Assembly: GCF_037042905.1 (NCBI RefSeq)
Contig: NC_087251.1
Coordinates: 39,494,001-39,558,000 of the forward strand
Origin: Lytechinus pictus
Taxonomy: Eukaryota
Length of the DNA: 64,000 nt
Direction: 5' to 3'
The notes beneath the pieces were generated by a model, which was not told where the DNA came from, did not search any database, and saw only the letters and a list, made by a program, of their open reading frames with translations. The first letter of the stretch is position 1. Every line of letters begins with the position of its first letter. Below are positions 1 through 11,549 of the stretch, piece after piece. Both the position numbers and the translations under genes were made by a program.

Positions 1-58
1 AACCGTTGTCGTGGACTTCCCTGTTCCTGTTATTTTCTTTATTCTTGTTCCTTTTCAG

Positions 59-141
59 ACCTTGCCAAATTGAAGAAGACTAGTAGTGGTGCAGTCAGGA
101 AGAATACACAGTGTGCTATTAATAGAGTCATGATGGGAAGG
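59..141 (+). CDS. Internal coding exon of Gly/RGG-tail gene ([28 protein letters not shown])
   Basis: Long polypyrimidine tract ending ttttcag at 58; open frame; donor gtaagt at 142; phase 0 end fits the next exon. Confidence 0.85.
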
Positions 142-787
142 GTAAGTCAACCCTGATTTCTTGTATGAATTAACATGATAAATGAAAGTAAACAGGGTTT
201 CAAAAGAAACTGATCAATGTGTAGTAAACTGGGAAGTTTGTTTAATTCCATCTCATTTTCACTGGTATTTCTTTTGCCATTTTGTGGCTATGAATTTAGA
301 AACCAATTGATGTGAGCGTCAATGGCCTCTCTGTGATTGAACCAATCTCTTAATTATTGACACGTGCTTTAGTAAAGATTATTGAAGCTAGCCTGTGTCA
401 AAATAGTGTTCATTTTGATTTAGTGGACTTGTGCTGTGCCCTTGTAAAGGTTTGATCAATTTCTTTTGGAACCCAGATTAGTTGCATTAAATACTGATTT
501 TATGAGAAAGCCTGTTAAACCAAGGTTAATTGTAATTTTGTCACTATATCATCCTAGATCTAGATCTTGATCACTTATATAAATTGAACTTCGTGAAATC
601 ATGAAGTCTAAGCTGGAAAACAATTACACTGAAGATCATCAACACAGATAAGCACTTGTGAGACATTTTTTTGTACCTATGAAAGTATTTCAGCCCTTAA
701 AGATTGTACTTTGTCACAATGGTTGTATAGAATGAGAATATTCCTGGAGATTACGTAATTATTGATAATTTTGTCCTGTATGATCAG

Positions 788-859
788 GTTCTTCACCGGG
801 GAGGAAGACTTCAAGAAGCCACCCCGCCCCCACCAGAGATAGAGATGCTCAGACAATGA
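788..859 (+). other. Degenerate duplicate of exon 973-1066 with intact acceptor and in-frame stop ([23 protein letters not shown])
   Basis: tgatcag|gtt...gaagccaccccgcccccaccagagat is shared with 966-1025; TGA at 857-859; no donor of its own. Confidence 0.75.
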
Positions 860-972
860 TATACATTATAAAAGCACCATGATATTATTCTCACTATTTT
901 CTCACCATTCTTGCTATAATACTCATGAAGATGACATAACAATTGTTCTATCACACTGTCTTTCGTGATCAG

Positions 973-1066
973 GTTCCTGATAGGGGAGGTAGACCTCAGG
1001 AAGCCACCCCGCCCCCACCAGAGATGCCTTCATTCAGACAGAGACAAGATGGCGGTGGTCATAGAG
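973..1066 (+). CDS. Coding exon [31 protein letters not shown](G)
   Basis: Acceptor gatcag at 972, donor gtatgt at 1067, 94 nt, phase 0 to phase 1, consistent with both neighbours. Confidence 0.85.
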
Positions 1067-1153
1067 GTATGTCAGATGCATTTGACATTCTAAATAAATC
1101 TGTGAATATTATATTCTCATGATACTGCACTGTAACCTGTTTTTATAGACCAG

Positions 1154-1298
1154 GGGAGAGTTTCATAAAACTTGTTATATTAACAAACTGAAATAACAGT
1201 TAAAGGCTACTGAAATCCTTCAATCTGATTGGATGATAGTAGTTTTGTTATAGAAAGTGTTTATTTGTTATTATAAAAAGTCTTTATGAAACGGGACC
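1154..1298. mobile_element. Short MITE (family A) with CAG target duplication
   Basis: cag|gggagagtttcataaa...tttatgaaacgggacc|cag; internal gctactgaaatcctt..tctgattgg is the reverse complement of the family core seen at 25.5, 28.3, 31.4 and 52.0 kb. Confidence 0.7.
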
Positions 1299-1812
1299 CA
1301 GATATAGAGAGAATGAAGTTGAATTTTTTCCATTTAAAGACCACAGAACTACAACAAAGTCCACCTACATAGGCAGGCAGCATTTGTGCACATGTTAGGT
1401 ATTTCCTATTCAGGAATTCTAGGAAATAAAAAGTCTTACGAGACATGATGGTTGGATATATGCAAGTTTGATTGTTACAAGTTCTGTTTCTGTACGTATT
1501 CTACCCAAGATATTCTTTATTTAGATTTATCTGATAATAGTACATCAAGCATGAATGGGCATAGTGTCAGTTGATTGTTATCTAGATAGATAGACAGATA
1601 TATGTATGGTTTCATATACCATAAGCAGGTACCATTGAAATCAATTAATATGACCCCCCCCCTGCACCAACACACTCTTTAGTTCTCCCATAATAATTAA
1701 AAATCTTTCTCATTTTAGTACAAACTATACTTGTAACAGTTCTGATCTAGAGATTTGTGAATACACATATTATGGTATCATATATTTTTGTCCCTTTCTC
1801 CATTTTATTCAG

Positions 1813-1899
1813 GAGGTAGAGGTGGAGGAGGAGGAGGAAGAGGTGGTGGAAGCAGGGGAGGAGGAGGAGGAGGAGGAGGGGGAGGGAGAGTGCAAGGAG
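1813..1899 (+). CDS. Gly/Arg-rich coding exon (GGRGGGGGGRGGGSRGGG...RVQG)
   Basis: Acceptor ttttattcag, donor gttagt at 1900, 87 nt, phase 1-1. Confidence 0.85.
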
Positions 1900-2014
1900 G
1901 TTAGTTGACTATACATTGGATATACCTCTTGTTTGCTTTCCTTATATTACAGTTGTTTTTATTTTGCCATTACATTCTTACTGGTATCATGATTTTGTTT
2001 TATTTTATTTCACT

Positions 2015-2495
2015 TTGATTCGATTGATTGATTCATTCATTGATTTATTATTTGATTGAGTGATTCATTCATTCCTTGATCAGAACATTCATTTGTTCAT
2101 TGTTTGTTTGGTTGATCGCCGGATTGATTAAAGGATTAATAAAAGAATTAATATATTCATTCATTATTTGATTAATTACTTTGTTCATTGATTTCTTCAT
2201 TGATCCTATTGATTCTTTGATGATTAATTAATTTTTTTCAATGCTTGATTGATTGGTTCATTCATTCGTACGTTCGTTTGTTCATTCATTCATTCTTTCA
2301 TTCATTCAATAATGCATTTATTCAATACTGCATTTATTAATTTATTCATTTGTTGATTGATTGATTGATTTACTCATTCATTCATCCATCCATTCATTTG
2401 TTCGTTCGTTCGTCCGTCCGTCCATCTGTCCGTCCCTTGACTCAATGATTCATTTATTGAATCTTTGATCGATTCATCCATCTATTTATCTGTCT
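2015..2495. repeat. Degenerate tetranucleotide microsatellite field (TTCA/TTGA/TTCG/TCCG)n in intron
   Basis: Directly visible. Confidence 0.9.
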
Positions 2496-2595
2496 ATCTC
2501 TCATAACTATTAAGTCAGTATTCAAGTCTCCATATCATCATAATTTGATCTTTTATCCAATTCCACACTAAACTATTTTCCTTTTGCTCCAACAG

Positions 2596-2981
2596 GTTGG
2601 TCTGCAGGTGGTGGCGGCGGAGGAGGAGGCAACTGGAATCAAGGTGGCGGAGGTGGTGGCGGCGGAGGTGGTGGTGGAAACTGGAATCAGGGTGGGGGAG
2701 GGGGTGCAAATTGGAACCAGGGTGGTGGTGGTGGTGGTGGAGGATACTACAATAACCAAGGGGGCGGGGGAGGGTATGGGGGTCAACAGGGTGGTTATGG
2801 TGGAGGAGGGCACGGGGGAGGTTACAGTGGGGGAGGGGGTGGGGGTTATGGGGGAGGAGGACAAGGGGGCGGTTACGGGGGTGGAGGTGGACAAGGGAGT
2901 TATGGAAGTGGTGGGGGAGGGAGAGGGGGAAGGGGTAGGGGTAGAGGTGGAAAGAGAGGAGGGGGCGGTGGAAGATACTAA
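2596..2981 (+). CDS. Terminal coding exon: Gly-rich low-complexity tail (3x NWNQGGG, GGY/GGQ, ...GRGGRGRGRGGKRGGGGGRY*)
   Basis: Acceptor ttttgctccaacag at 2595; phase 1 entry gives an uninterrupted GGN-rich frame ending in TAA at 2979-2981. Confidence 0.9.
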
Positions 2982-3724
2982 TGTCAGGTTATCCCATTCA
3001 ATCTTCAAAAGATTTGTATTACTTTTGATTAAGTATGTCATTTCGATACAAGCAAATTTACTAATGCATCTATTTTGAAAGGATTTAACTTTTTTCACAG
3101 AAAAAAAATGCACCACAAAATGAAACGACATGTAGTACTTAACTTGTTACAGTGCATACATTGCATGAATGACCGTCCCCTATATTGGCTGAAATGAAGT
3201 ATCCCGTTTAGTTTTGCAAGTAGGATGAATTGGAATCGGGGTAAAATTTAGGCCTACTTTGCCAGGAGTGCTGTAACACTAACAGATTGTAAGGGAAGAG
3301 ATCATGAGGTATCCGTGTATGTTATGCATGTATAGTCAGTAGATAGTCCATGTGTTGGATACATCTGCAAGAATCTCCATTATTATGTTGTTATTTTCAT
3401 CCCATATTCATATGTTTCGACAGAGGACACCGCCCTCAAAAGTGTGCATCTTGTCTGGTGCATTTATAGCTTGTGCATCTGTTTTGTGTGCTGTATGTCA
3501 CAAACGCTTTATGTATTTCAAACTTCTTTGTGCTAGGTACAGTACATTGTTTAGTACGAGACTGATCCAGAGAATGGTTGCGCACAGCGCCGGTCATATG
3601 AGTGGACATACTGTATGCCTATTATTACTTATGTCCACTAGTACTTCATAATGGTAGTCTGAAATATTTATCGATCCATAATTGTTGATAATATTGCATG
3701 GTTTATATTCAATTGATCTAAAAG

Positions 3725-4150
3725 TTGTCAGATAGTCTAGTACCGCATGGTCCAAACCCATTTGGTCTACTATTAATTTGGTCTAATTGTTGTTTGGTCT
3801 TCACTACACTTAATCCAATGTCCACTTACTGGTAGTCTAATTGTCATTTAGTCTATTCACCAGATGGTCTAATTTTCACTTTGTATGCTCATTTCTTTTC
3901 TTCTTGGCAAGTGAAAATTTTGTCCGTAATTTATTTATCATAAACAATTCATATAGACAAAGTGAATAATAGATGAAATGGGTTTGGCCTCACTGGAAAT
4001 TATACAAAATGCTAAATCGGGTAAATGGCAATTAGGCCAAATTGTTATTAGACAAACTGGTTTTAGGTGAGCTTGAATTAGACCATGTGAGAGAGATGAA
4101 ACTATACAGGAAGTAAACAAAGCAGACTTAAACCAGGTGGCAATTAACCT
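3725..4150. repeat. Degenerate foldback repeat made of ttggtcta/tagaccaa units (related copies at about 8400-8570 and 11060-11470)
   Basis: Left half carries repeated (t)ggtcta and right half repeated tagac(c)aa. Confidence 0.55.
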
Positions 4151-4233
4151 TAATGCATATAATAGTTCAGTGGTAAATGAGGGCCCTTTTTGGTCATTCT
4201 TCATCAAGATTCAAGTGTAAATTGTACACTCAA

Positions 4234-4537
4234 TGGCCCGTATTCTGAAGTCGGGTTTAATTTAAACCACGGTCTAACTCTGCTAAAATTATAGGGAGCC
4301 AAAAATTCTGTTTATATTGTATATTTCTCATGTGTACTATTTTGTTTCCTTTTGCTTTCATAATGAAGAAAAATACTTCAGTTATCATTCCCAGACAATT
4401 ATGAACAATTTGAGCGTCAAATGAGTTAATAAAGTGGATGTGTACTGTTTGGGATTTGTGTCCCAATCGGCTCTCCATAGTTAAACCACAACTTTAAGCC
4501 AGGGTTTGATTTCAACCCGAGTTCAGAATACGGGCCA
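4234..4537. mobile_element. MITE (PIF/Harbinger-like termini)
   Basis: TIR tggcccgtattctgaa ... ttcagaatacgggcca. Confidence 0.85.
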
Positions 4538-5091
4538 GTGCATCTGCATAAACAATGATTTCAAACAGGGTCTTTCATAAACTGACTTTGTGCACAAGTT
4601 TATGCATGACTCGTGACGCTTCTCATGCTGAATGATGTATCCCTTCGCAGCTGACAGCACCTAACAGCATATTCCGGGCTTTTGTTTAACTTTACTATGT
4701 GAAATACGTACCGGGAATTCAAAACTACCTTCTGAAATTCGCACCATAAGTTTTGAAGGTTATTGACCTCATCATGAGATAGGAATCAGTAATTTTGTGT
4801 AAAAATGTTTATCATCCAAAATGGTACTTCTAATGATGTGATAGCTTAAAGCTTGTAATGGTCTATAACACAAGTTTGGGCCCCTGAACTGTCCATTTAT
4901 GATCTATAGATCATATAATTTTATTCGTTCAAAATCATGGAACATGTGGAAAGGCATCAAAGACATAGTATTAAATACTTCCTCTTCAACAAGGATGTTT
5001 TGAATACTTCTTGTTTCTAATGTCAATTAGAGAGAGACAGAGACAGAAAATGAGAGAGAGAGAGGGAGAGGGAGAGAAGGGGTTAGAAAAA

Positions 5092-5291
5092 CACTGTCAC
5101 ATCGTTCCGTGCAAGCCTTGCGTGTGACTTTTTTTGCTACCCGCAGATTGCCCGCAATGACAGTATCTCGCCCAACATTTCCTGCAAGAGTGCACGCAAG
5201 TCTGATTTGGCATGCAGAAAAGTTTTGAACATGTTTAGAACTTTGTTGCGGGCAATCACCCGCAAGGGTTGCATGGAACAATGTGACAGCA
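5092..5291. mobile_element. MITE within a (GA)n-rich tract
   Basis: Imperfect TIR ctgtcacatcgttccgtgcaagccttgcg ... cgcaagggttgcatggaacaatgtgacag. Confidence 0.7.
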
Positions 5292-6260
5292 TGTCGTAGG
5301 TCCATGGTGACAGAGTCTGTAGGGATAAGTGAAGAGAAATGTGCAGAGAAGGGGAAAGGGGAGAGAGAGAGAGAGAGAGAGTGTATGTAAGAGCAACAGA
5401 GAGGGAGGGTGGGATTAGAGAAAGATTCTGAGGGATCAAAGGAGAGAAATTGCAGAGCGAGGACAAAGAGGGAGACGGGGATCGGAAATTGGAAGAACAA
5501 GATGTGGTAGAGAAAAGGACACAGAGAACGAGAGACAGTAGTTGAAAAAGTGTGCAAATGTTTCCTTTTAAAAATGGTAGACGATTAAAAAAAGGAAAGA
5601 AGAAATAGTTCAGAATGGCAGTGTTATGTAATTGATCTCACATCGAATAATGAGGTAAGATTTTTGTTTCACCAACTTGCATTTGATCGAAAAGAAAATA
5701 CTGTGAGTTGGTTTCTATAAATTAATACAGGAAAAACAACGATTGAACAAAATAAATGAATAGATGAAATGATGAAAAATAAGTAGAATAATGAATAAAG
5801 GAATACAATTTCAAAATGGGAAGAATATCGGAGGTTGGGGTATGGCATGTAAGTGAGCTACATCTATAATATGATTTTATGCAGATCGGGGGAAATTAGA
5901 ACGACAGAAAGTCTTGTAAGGCTGAACCTACTTCTGCAAACTGAAAATAATTAGGAGGAAGTATCAGTTGTGAAGGAGTGAAGGGAGATTTGTAATGAAA
6001 TTTAAGACCTCAATATTTTTCAAAACTTTAGTAATATCAAGAGCCTCTCCCCCCCCCCCGAGATGGCCTGTTACGTGTTTTTCACGACTGTTTCAGAAAC
6101 GGATTTTGAATCTCTTTGTTGTTACATCATGGGCACTGACGAAGAGTGTGACTTTACCTTTCATTTTTTAGAGCTATGCTCCTTTTGAAATCTACGATTT
6201 TATTTTTACGGCACTTTCTAAACCATTTGTGATTTTTTTTATTTCATATGCCGAAGCAGA

Positions 6261-6264
<4 letters not shown>

Positions 6265-6302
<38 letters not shown>

Positions 6303-6529
6303 CCGGCTCGTGCCCCCCCCCCCCTTTGAGAGGCACAATTAAAATTTGTAAAATAAAAATGCTGTTAAAACACAAGTGTGCCCCCCATTTGAAAGCAAAG
6401 ACCTTTTTCTTTTTGCTTGTCCAATTTTTTCGTGGATGAAATGTTTGGGTGAAAACCTTTTTTTTTTCCTTGTCAAATTTTCCTCGGGAAAATGTGCCCC
6501 CCTTTTGGAAAATCCTGGATCTGCTCCTG
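6265..6529. mobile_element. (TA)n followed by a MITE remnant ending aaatcctggatctgctcctg
   Basis: Internal gtgccccccc/aagaccttttt repeats and a caggggcggatccagg-type terminus (reverse complement). Confidence 0.55.
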
Positions 6530-6939
6530 AACAGAATTAACATGCTTTCATGAATAAATTGTCATTGTTTATCGATATAATGTAGAAAATTATTGTAACT
6601 AAACGTTTCCAACATTATTGGGAAAAAAAATCTTGCATCTCAGTTGAATGTGATCCTATCAATGATGCAGAATAATTGAAAACACTTTGCTGCCATCTAC
6701 GTTCATATGCACGTTATCTCTACAATCTTTTCGGTAATGTGCTTTGTTTCGCCTCTCTGTCGTGTGCTTCGTCCTGTAAATAAATTAAGAATTACTGTAA
6801 AATTACAGTGAAACGCTGCCGAGGAACCGTCTTCATAACATACACCTTTCAAATTTGATCACATTCACTGAAGAAATTATACTCTGCATTCGAATTTGGG
6901 CTTGTACAAGTATTTGTGACAGGTATTACATTTTCTTTG

Positions 6940-7164
6940 TGACTTTATGGACCCCGTGCAGCTACGCGAAAGGAAGCTAAAACTTGTTAGATTGCAACGC
7001 CGTAGTTTCGGCTAAGCGGATGTTACGGGTCCCGTGGGGGTAATATCCGGATTCCTCGATCGCTGGTCGCAAACCGATGGTTGAAACGTCCAGACAAGGA
7101 TAAGGCCGAGGGTTGTTGTTCGTTGTTTGGATCGGAAGTCTATTCATCAGCCAGGCCAGACTAG
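6940..7164 (+). promoter_or_regulatory. CpG-rich putative promoter / non-coding first exon of a large gene
   Basis: Local CpG and GC enrichment, no repeat structure, ends at donor ctag|gtaggt followed by T-rich intron-like sequence. The start coordinate is approximate. Confidence 0.55.
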
Positions 7165-8909
7165 GTAGGTTTTTATCATTTTTTTATTGCAGTTTTCTCT
7201 GTTTATTTATAAATCTATACAACAGGGGCTGTGTCTAACGACAAACGTTAGGCCTAGTTACTCTATCTTTATTGATTTAGCTACAGTACAGTACTGGTAC
7301 TTATTGACACTTAAAAAGATTGAAGGGGCAAACCACCATTATATTTATAACCACAAATAATGGTTTGCCACGTTCGTTTGTAATTGTATGGTCAAACTTT
7401 TCTTTGGACTATGATTGATAGCCGAGCTGTGATGTGAGAAAATTAGGCTAAACAAATCTTTAAAATAAAATAAGTGGCTGTATCTAAGTTAGCTGGACTT
7501 TTATGTATTCCAAATAATTTTAATTATTTTGTTACAAAGGGGATTTTTTTTGTCATTGTGTATTAATCAAATGTTCATTAATAATTGTGGTGGAAACCGA
7601 CTTGACCAAACAATAACAACAAGACCTAGGTACAGTATTCCAATGGCCAGAAAATAGCAAATATACACTTGCCCATATTACTTACTTTTAAATGTATTTA
7701 AATATTTACGGTAATATTCCTGATTCTCACTTGGCAGATTTATATGAATTATGCATGCAAAGTATGATGAAAAATAAATGCTTTATAAACTTCAGAATTA
7801 GAAGTCTGCATTGCCTTGTTAGAGCCTGGCCCAAATAACAGGAGATAGTTGTTGAATACAGGAAGTCCCACTTGAGGTCAATCAATTAGGTCCACCGTGT
7901 TGTGCTTTCAAAGAAGTCGAAGGTCGAAGCTGGTTCCTGTCTCCATTACCGAGTCTATCCAAACATGTTGATGTTTGTTGAGGTTTTTCTTTTTTTATAG
8001 AGCTCTGCCTTATTTAGCCTTATTTAGATGTGTCTCCTTTTTTCTATAATAAGAGATGAAATGAAGATTTGATTGACAAATTGGAACACATATGTGTGAC
8101 ACATCTACAGTGATTCCTTAAAATTTCAAGTCTAATTTCAAAAACACTAAAAAAGAGGCTAATTTTGTCATCAATTTCATTAAAAATGTCTTTTTTAAGT
8201 GAACTTTCACTTTGCTTTAATATCAAATGTGCCTACTTGTCAAAAGGGCCTTTTTATTTCATACAAAGAATAAGAAGATTTTCTCATAAATGAGTAAGTG
8301 ATTCAAAGAAGTGCTTTGTGACAAGAATAATGTTTTGATTTTTTCCCTCATATTTCATTGAAAATATCTTTCACGAAATTTTTTTTTCCTCCGAATCAAT
8401 AATGGTCTACTTGCCATTTCATCAAATTACCTTTTACAGTTTCCTTAATGATCATTTTACTCTTACTCTACTTTATCAGCTAGGCTAATTAATATTAGAC
8501 CAAATTATAAGTTGATAATGGGCTATAAAAGCAAATTGTTGATTCATGAACAAGTAGTCGATAGAATGGCAGTGGAGCACCAATGATGTGGGAGGGGAGA
8601 ACCAGGTCCCACTTCCCTGGTAGAACAGAATAACCCTTTCACTCTATTTGCGACTGTGATTTAAAGATGGAATCCAGCCCAAATGAAAAGTTGTTATAAA
8701 GTATAAATAAAAACTCAAGACTAAAATGAATATAAACATAACATAGTTACTAAAACTCAGACTAAAAGCAACAACAAAATTATGGATTTTTTTTTAATTC
8801 GTAAAAAAAAGGTGTGGGGATTTCTTTATGATGTGGGATAGGGACTAGTAAACAAAATGACTATAAATAGTCATCTAATCTCTTACAAATTCCAGTTGCT
8901 AAGAAATCA

Positions 8910-9160
8910 TGCGGGGGGGATGGGCCTTGCTCATGCAGGGCCTAACCTGTGGAATTCTCTTCCACAGAGTTTGAAAAACCCAGACTTCAGTGACCACCTT
9001 CAAGGGCAACCTGAAAACATACCAGTTTAAGAGTGCTTTTTGGTAGACATTGACTTATTGTTCAGACATTTGTAAATAGCTTTTGTTGTTGTTTGCTCTG
9101 AAGTGCCTTGAGCATCTAATCAAGATGGAAAGTGTGCTATACAGATCTCATGTATTATTA
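8910..9160 (+). mobile_element. 3' end of an L2/CR1-group LINE
   Basis: Degenerate AGPNLWNSLP...FKGNLKT ORF2 end followed by a gccttgagc...gctata..(tat)n tail. Confidence 0.75.
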
Positions 9161-9201
9161 TTTTTAAAAGGGAATAATTACTAATTATTCCCTTTTAAAA
9201 A
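9161..9201. repeat. Perfect palindrome, 20-bp arms, 1-nt spacer
   Basis: tttttaaaagggaataatta-c-taattattcccttttaaaaa. Confidence 0.95.
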
Positions 9202-10905
9202 TCATCAGACTAACACTGCATAGTTGTATTTTAGATTATAATGAGATCTAACAGACATTAGACAAAGTGAAATTAATTAGACCAAAATGGCTTAATCACT
9301 CTGAATTCATCTATAAGATTATAAGGTTTGATCTAAAATCAGAAATAGTAGACCTATAGTCAGGGGCTACATCAGAACATGTTGATGGGGGGGGGGGGTG
9401 CAAGGTGACTTAAGATAATTGAATTACAGGAGTAATAATAGAGTTACATGGCATATAAAAAAAACTGTAGGCCTATCTCTGTTGAGTCATTCAAAAACAT
9501 TCTGAAAGCATTTCTTTTTACCTCTTAATTTCTTTATGTGCCTTGCGCACTCTACAGAGTGGATTTGGCATTTTATGTATGTATGTATTATTATTATTAC
9601 TTTATACTTCTCTTTTGATGCTCTTATATTCTTTCTTCTTTTTGTCTCATTTTTTAATACCTTAAATAACAAAGGGAGGGGTTGCCCCCTGCTCTCTGTA
9701 CAGTGTAGCAAAGCCCTTGAATACAGAACATTATCATTTTGGAAAGCAACTACACACATGGTCTGTATTGATCAGAGAGAACACTTTCTGTTTGATATGT
9801 GGTTTCCTGACCTTAATTGTGCAATAGTACTCATGACATCACTGATAGTGCTTCCTTTTTTATTTTCCCATTTACATGGTTGATAAAAAGCATGCAGTGT
9901 TAATCCGTCCCAATGTGACATATTTTGTATTTTTACAATGCCTGACTATAGGCCTAAAAGCTTTTGATAAAGGTTTAAAAAATAAAGCAAAATATATTGG
10001 ACAATGGAATACAATCTAACATTCAATTAAAAAATAAGAGCACTGTCCATAAAGTCTTGGTAATTTCATATATCTCAATATTTTGGTTCTGTTTTCTGTA
10101 AAACTTACAGACATATTCATGTATGTTTTGCCTGTTAAAATTATATGATATGAATTCATATTTTGTAACTTTATGGTCAAGTTTGTTCTTAGAAGTAAAT
10201 GTTCTTAATAGAAGTAACAAGTTCTAATTGATCTTTTTTTTGGAGTAAGTTAAAGGCAACTGTATCCCCTAGTGTCTATCTCCACATTGTTTAGCTGCTA
10301 GGCTTTGTCATGAATACAAAATTTGATTTTGATATTCAGGTGTTTTTCCCATTTGGTTTAGATGAGAGAGACAGATAAGCAAGGCATCGTGCTACTATTT
10401 CCCCTTCACTTTTACCATAGAGGAAACTAACGGGTGTGATGAAAAAAAGTTGACTTCTATCAGGGTCATAGTACAAGGTTTATACATGTACCTCAGACAA
10501 ATATCTGCCTCTGGTAGTTTCACAATGCTGTAGGTTATCCCTTTTAATGCTTGTTCTATTATAATCAGAAAGGAAGCCTCTGTGAATTTCGTAAGTTCTT
10601 TTTAATGACCTGATCACAGCACTTTCATGCTCGTGCATCAGTTGGCCTAACAATGTTTTGCAGCGTCATTCGTTGTTGGGGATTCCACCATCGGTTAAAC
10701 CAGGAGAGGTGATTCATGTTAAGCTCTTTGTATGCAAATCGGCGTAAGCCGGTGACTTCCCTTGGTTTGTTTAGACTGAATAAAGTATCCAGGCGGGGGA
10801 TCATCTGTTGATATTCTGTGCGAGATATAGGATCATAGTGGATTACACTTAGGAATATTCCATGCAGGATCTTTAGATCATAAAGGATTATTATATCTTG
10901 GAATA

Positions 10906-10960
10906 ATGTCACGACGGGCCATCGAGAAGCGCAAGAAAGAGGAGAATGGGATTGTCAATG
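10906..10960 (+). CDS. Putative first coding segment MSRRAIEKRKKEENGIVN (phase 1 donor), at the end of an exon starting about 10421 or 10340
   Basis: ATG with A at -3, upstream in-frame TAG at 10828-10830, purine-rich coding-like sequence, donor atg|gtatgt at 10961; candidate acceptors ccccttcacttttaccatag (10420) and gatattcag (10339). Confidence 0.55.
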
Positions 10961-11549
10961 GTATGTGAAAGAGAATAATTTTATTATTATTTTGCAATTT
11001 TCATTCTCATTTATTCAGTTTTGTTGAACAAACCTGGGGCTCATTCATCGGTAAATTGCTGATTAGTCTAGGTCTATACCTGATTCATCTACTAGTGCTT
11101 TCCATTTGGTCTCATCTCACATGATGTATTCTTTGTTCGTCTACAACCATTTCGTACTAAACTATCTGGTTTAATTGCTGCTTAGCAAGTTTACCATTTT
11201 TACCAATTTTCAGACAGGCATGAGGCCTACCTATTTCATCTAATATCCACTAAGGTCTAACATCATAACTCCATAATAGATGAACTAAAATGAATCAACT
11301 TTTCATTTGCCAAAGAGGAAAGCAGACCCTGTTGGTATTAGACTGAATGACAATTAGCTAAGTAGACATTAGACCAAATTTAGTGTAGACAAAATGGCAA
11401 TTAGACCATATATTGATAGACCAAATGGGTTTAGCCCATGTGGTACTGGAATTAGACTTCGAGAAATAGGCAAACTGCTTGTAGTTGAAGACTCATCAGC
11501 TGTCATTCTTGGATGATTCAGGAATTATTTTAGCTGGAGGAAATCTGAG

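Noticed and set aside
2568-3131. 187-aa minus ORF and 164-aa plus ORF (2584-3078)
   Set aside because: Shadow frames of the GGN-rich terminal exon. The true frame is fixed by splice phase and stops at 2981.
10906-10960. Gene assignment from MSRR... (NuRD-binding MSRRKQ motif or hnRNP L N-terminus)
   Set aside because: Only four residues match; not enough to name the gene.
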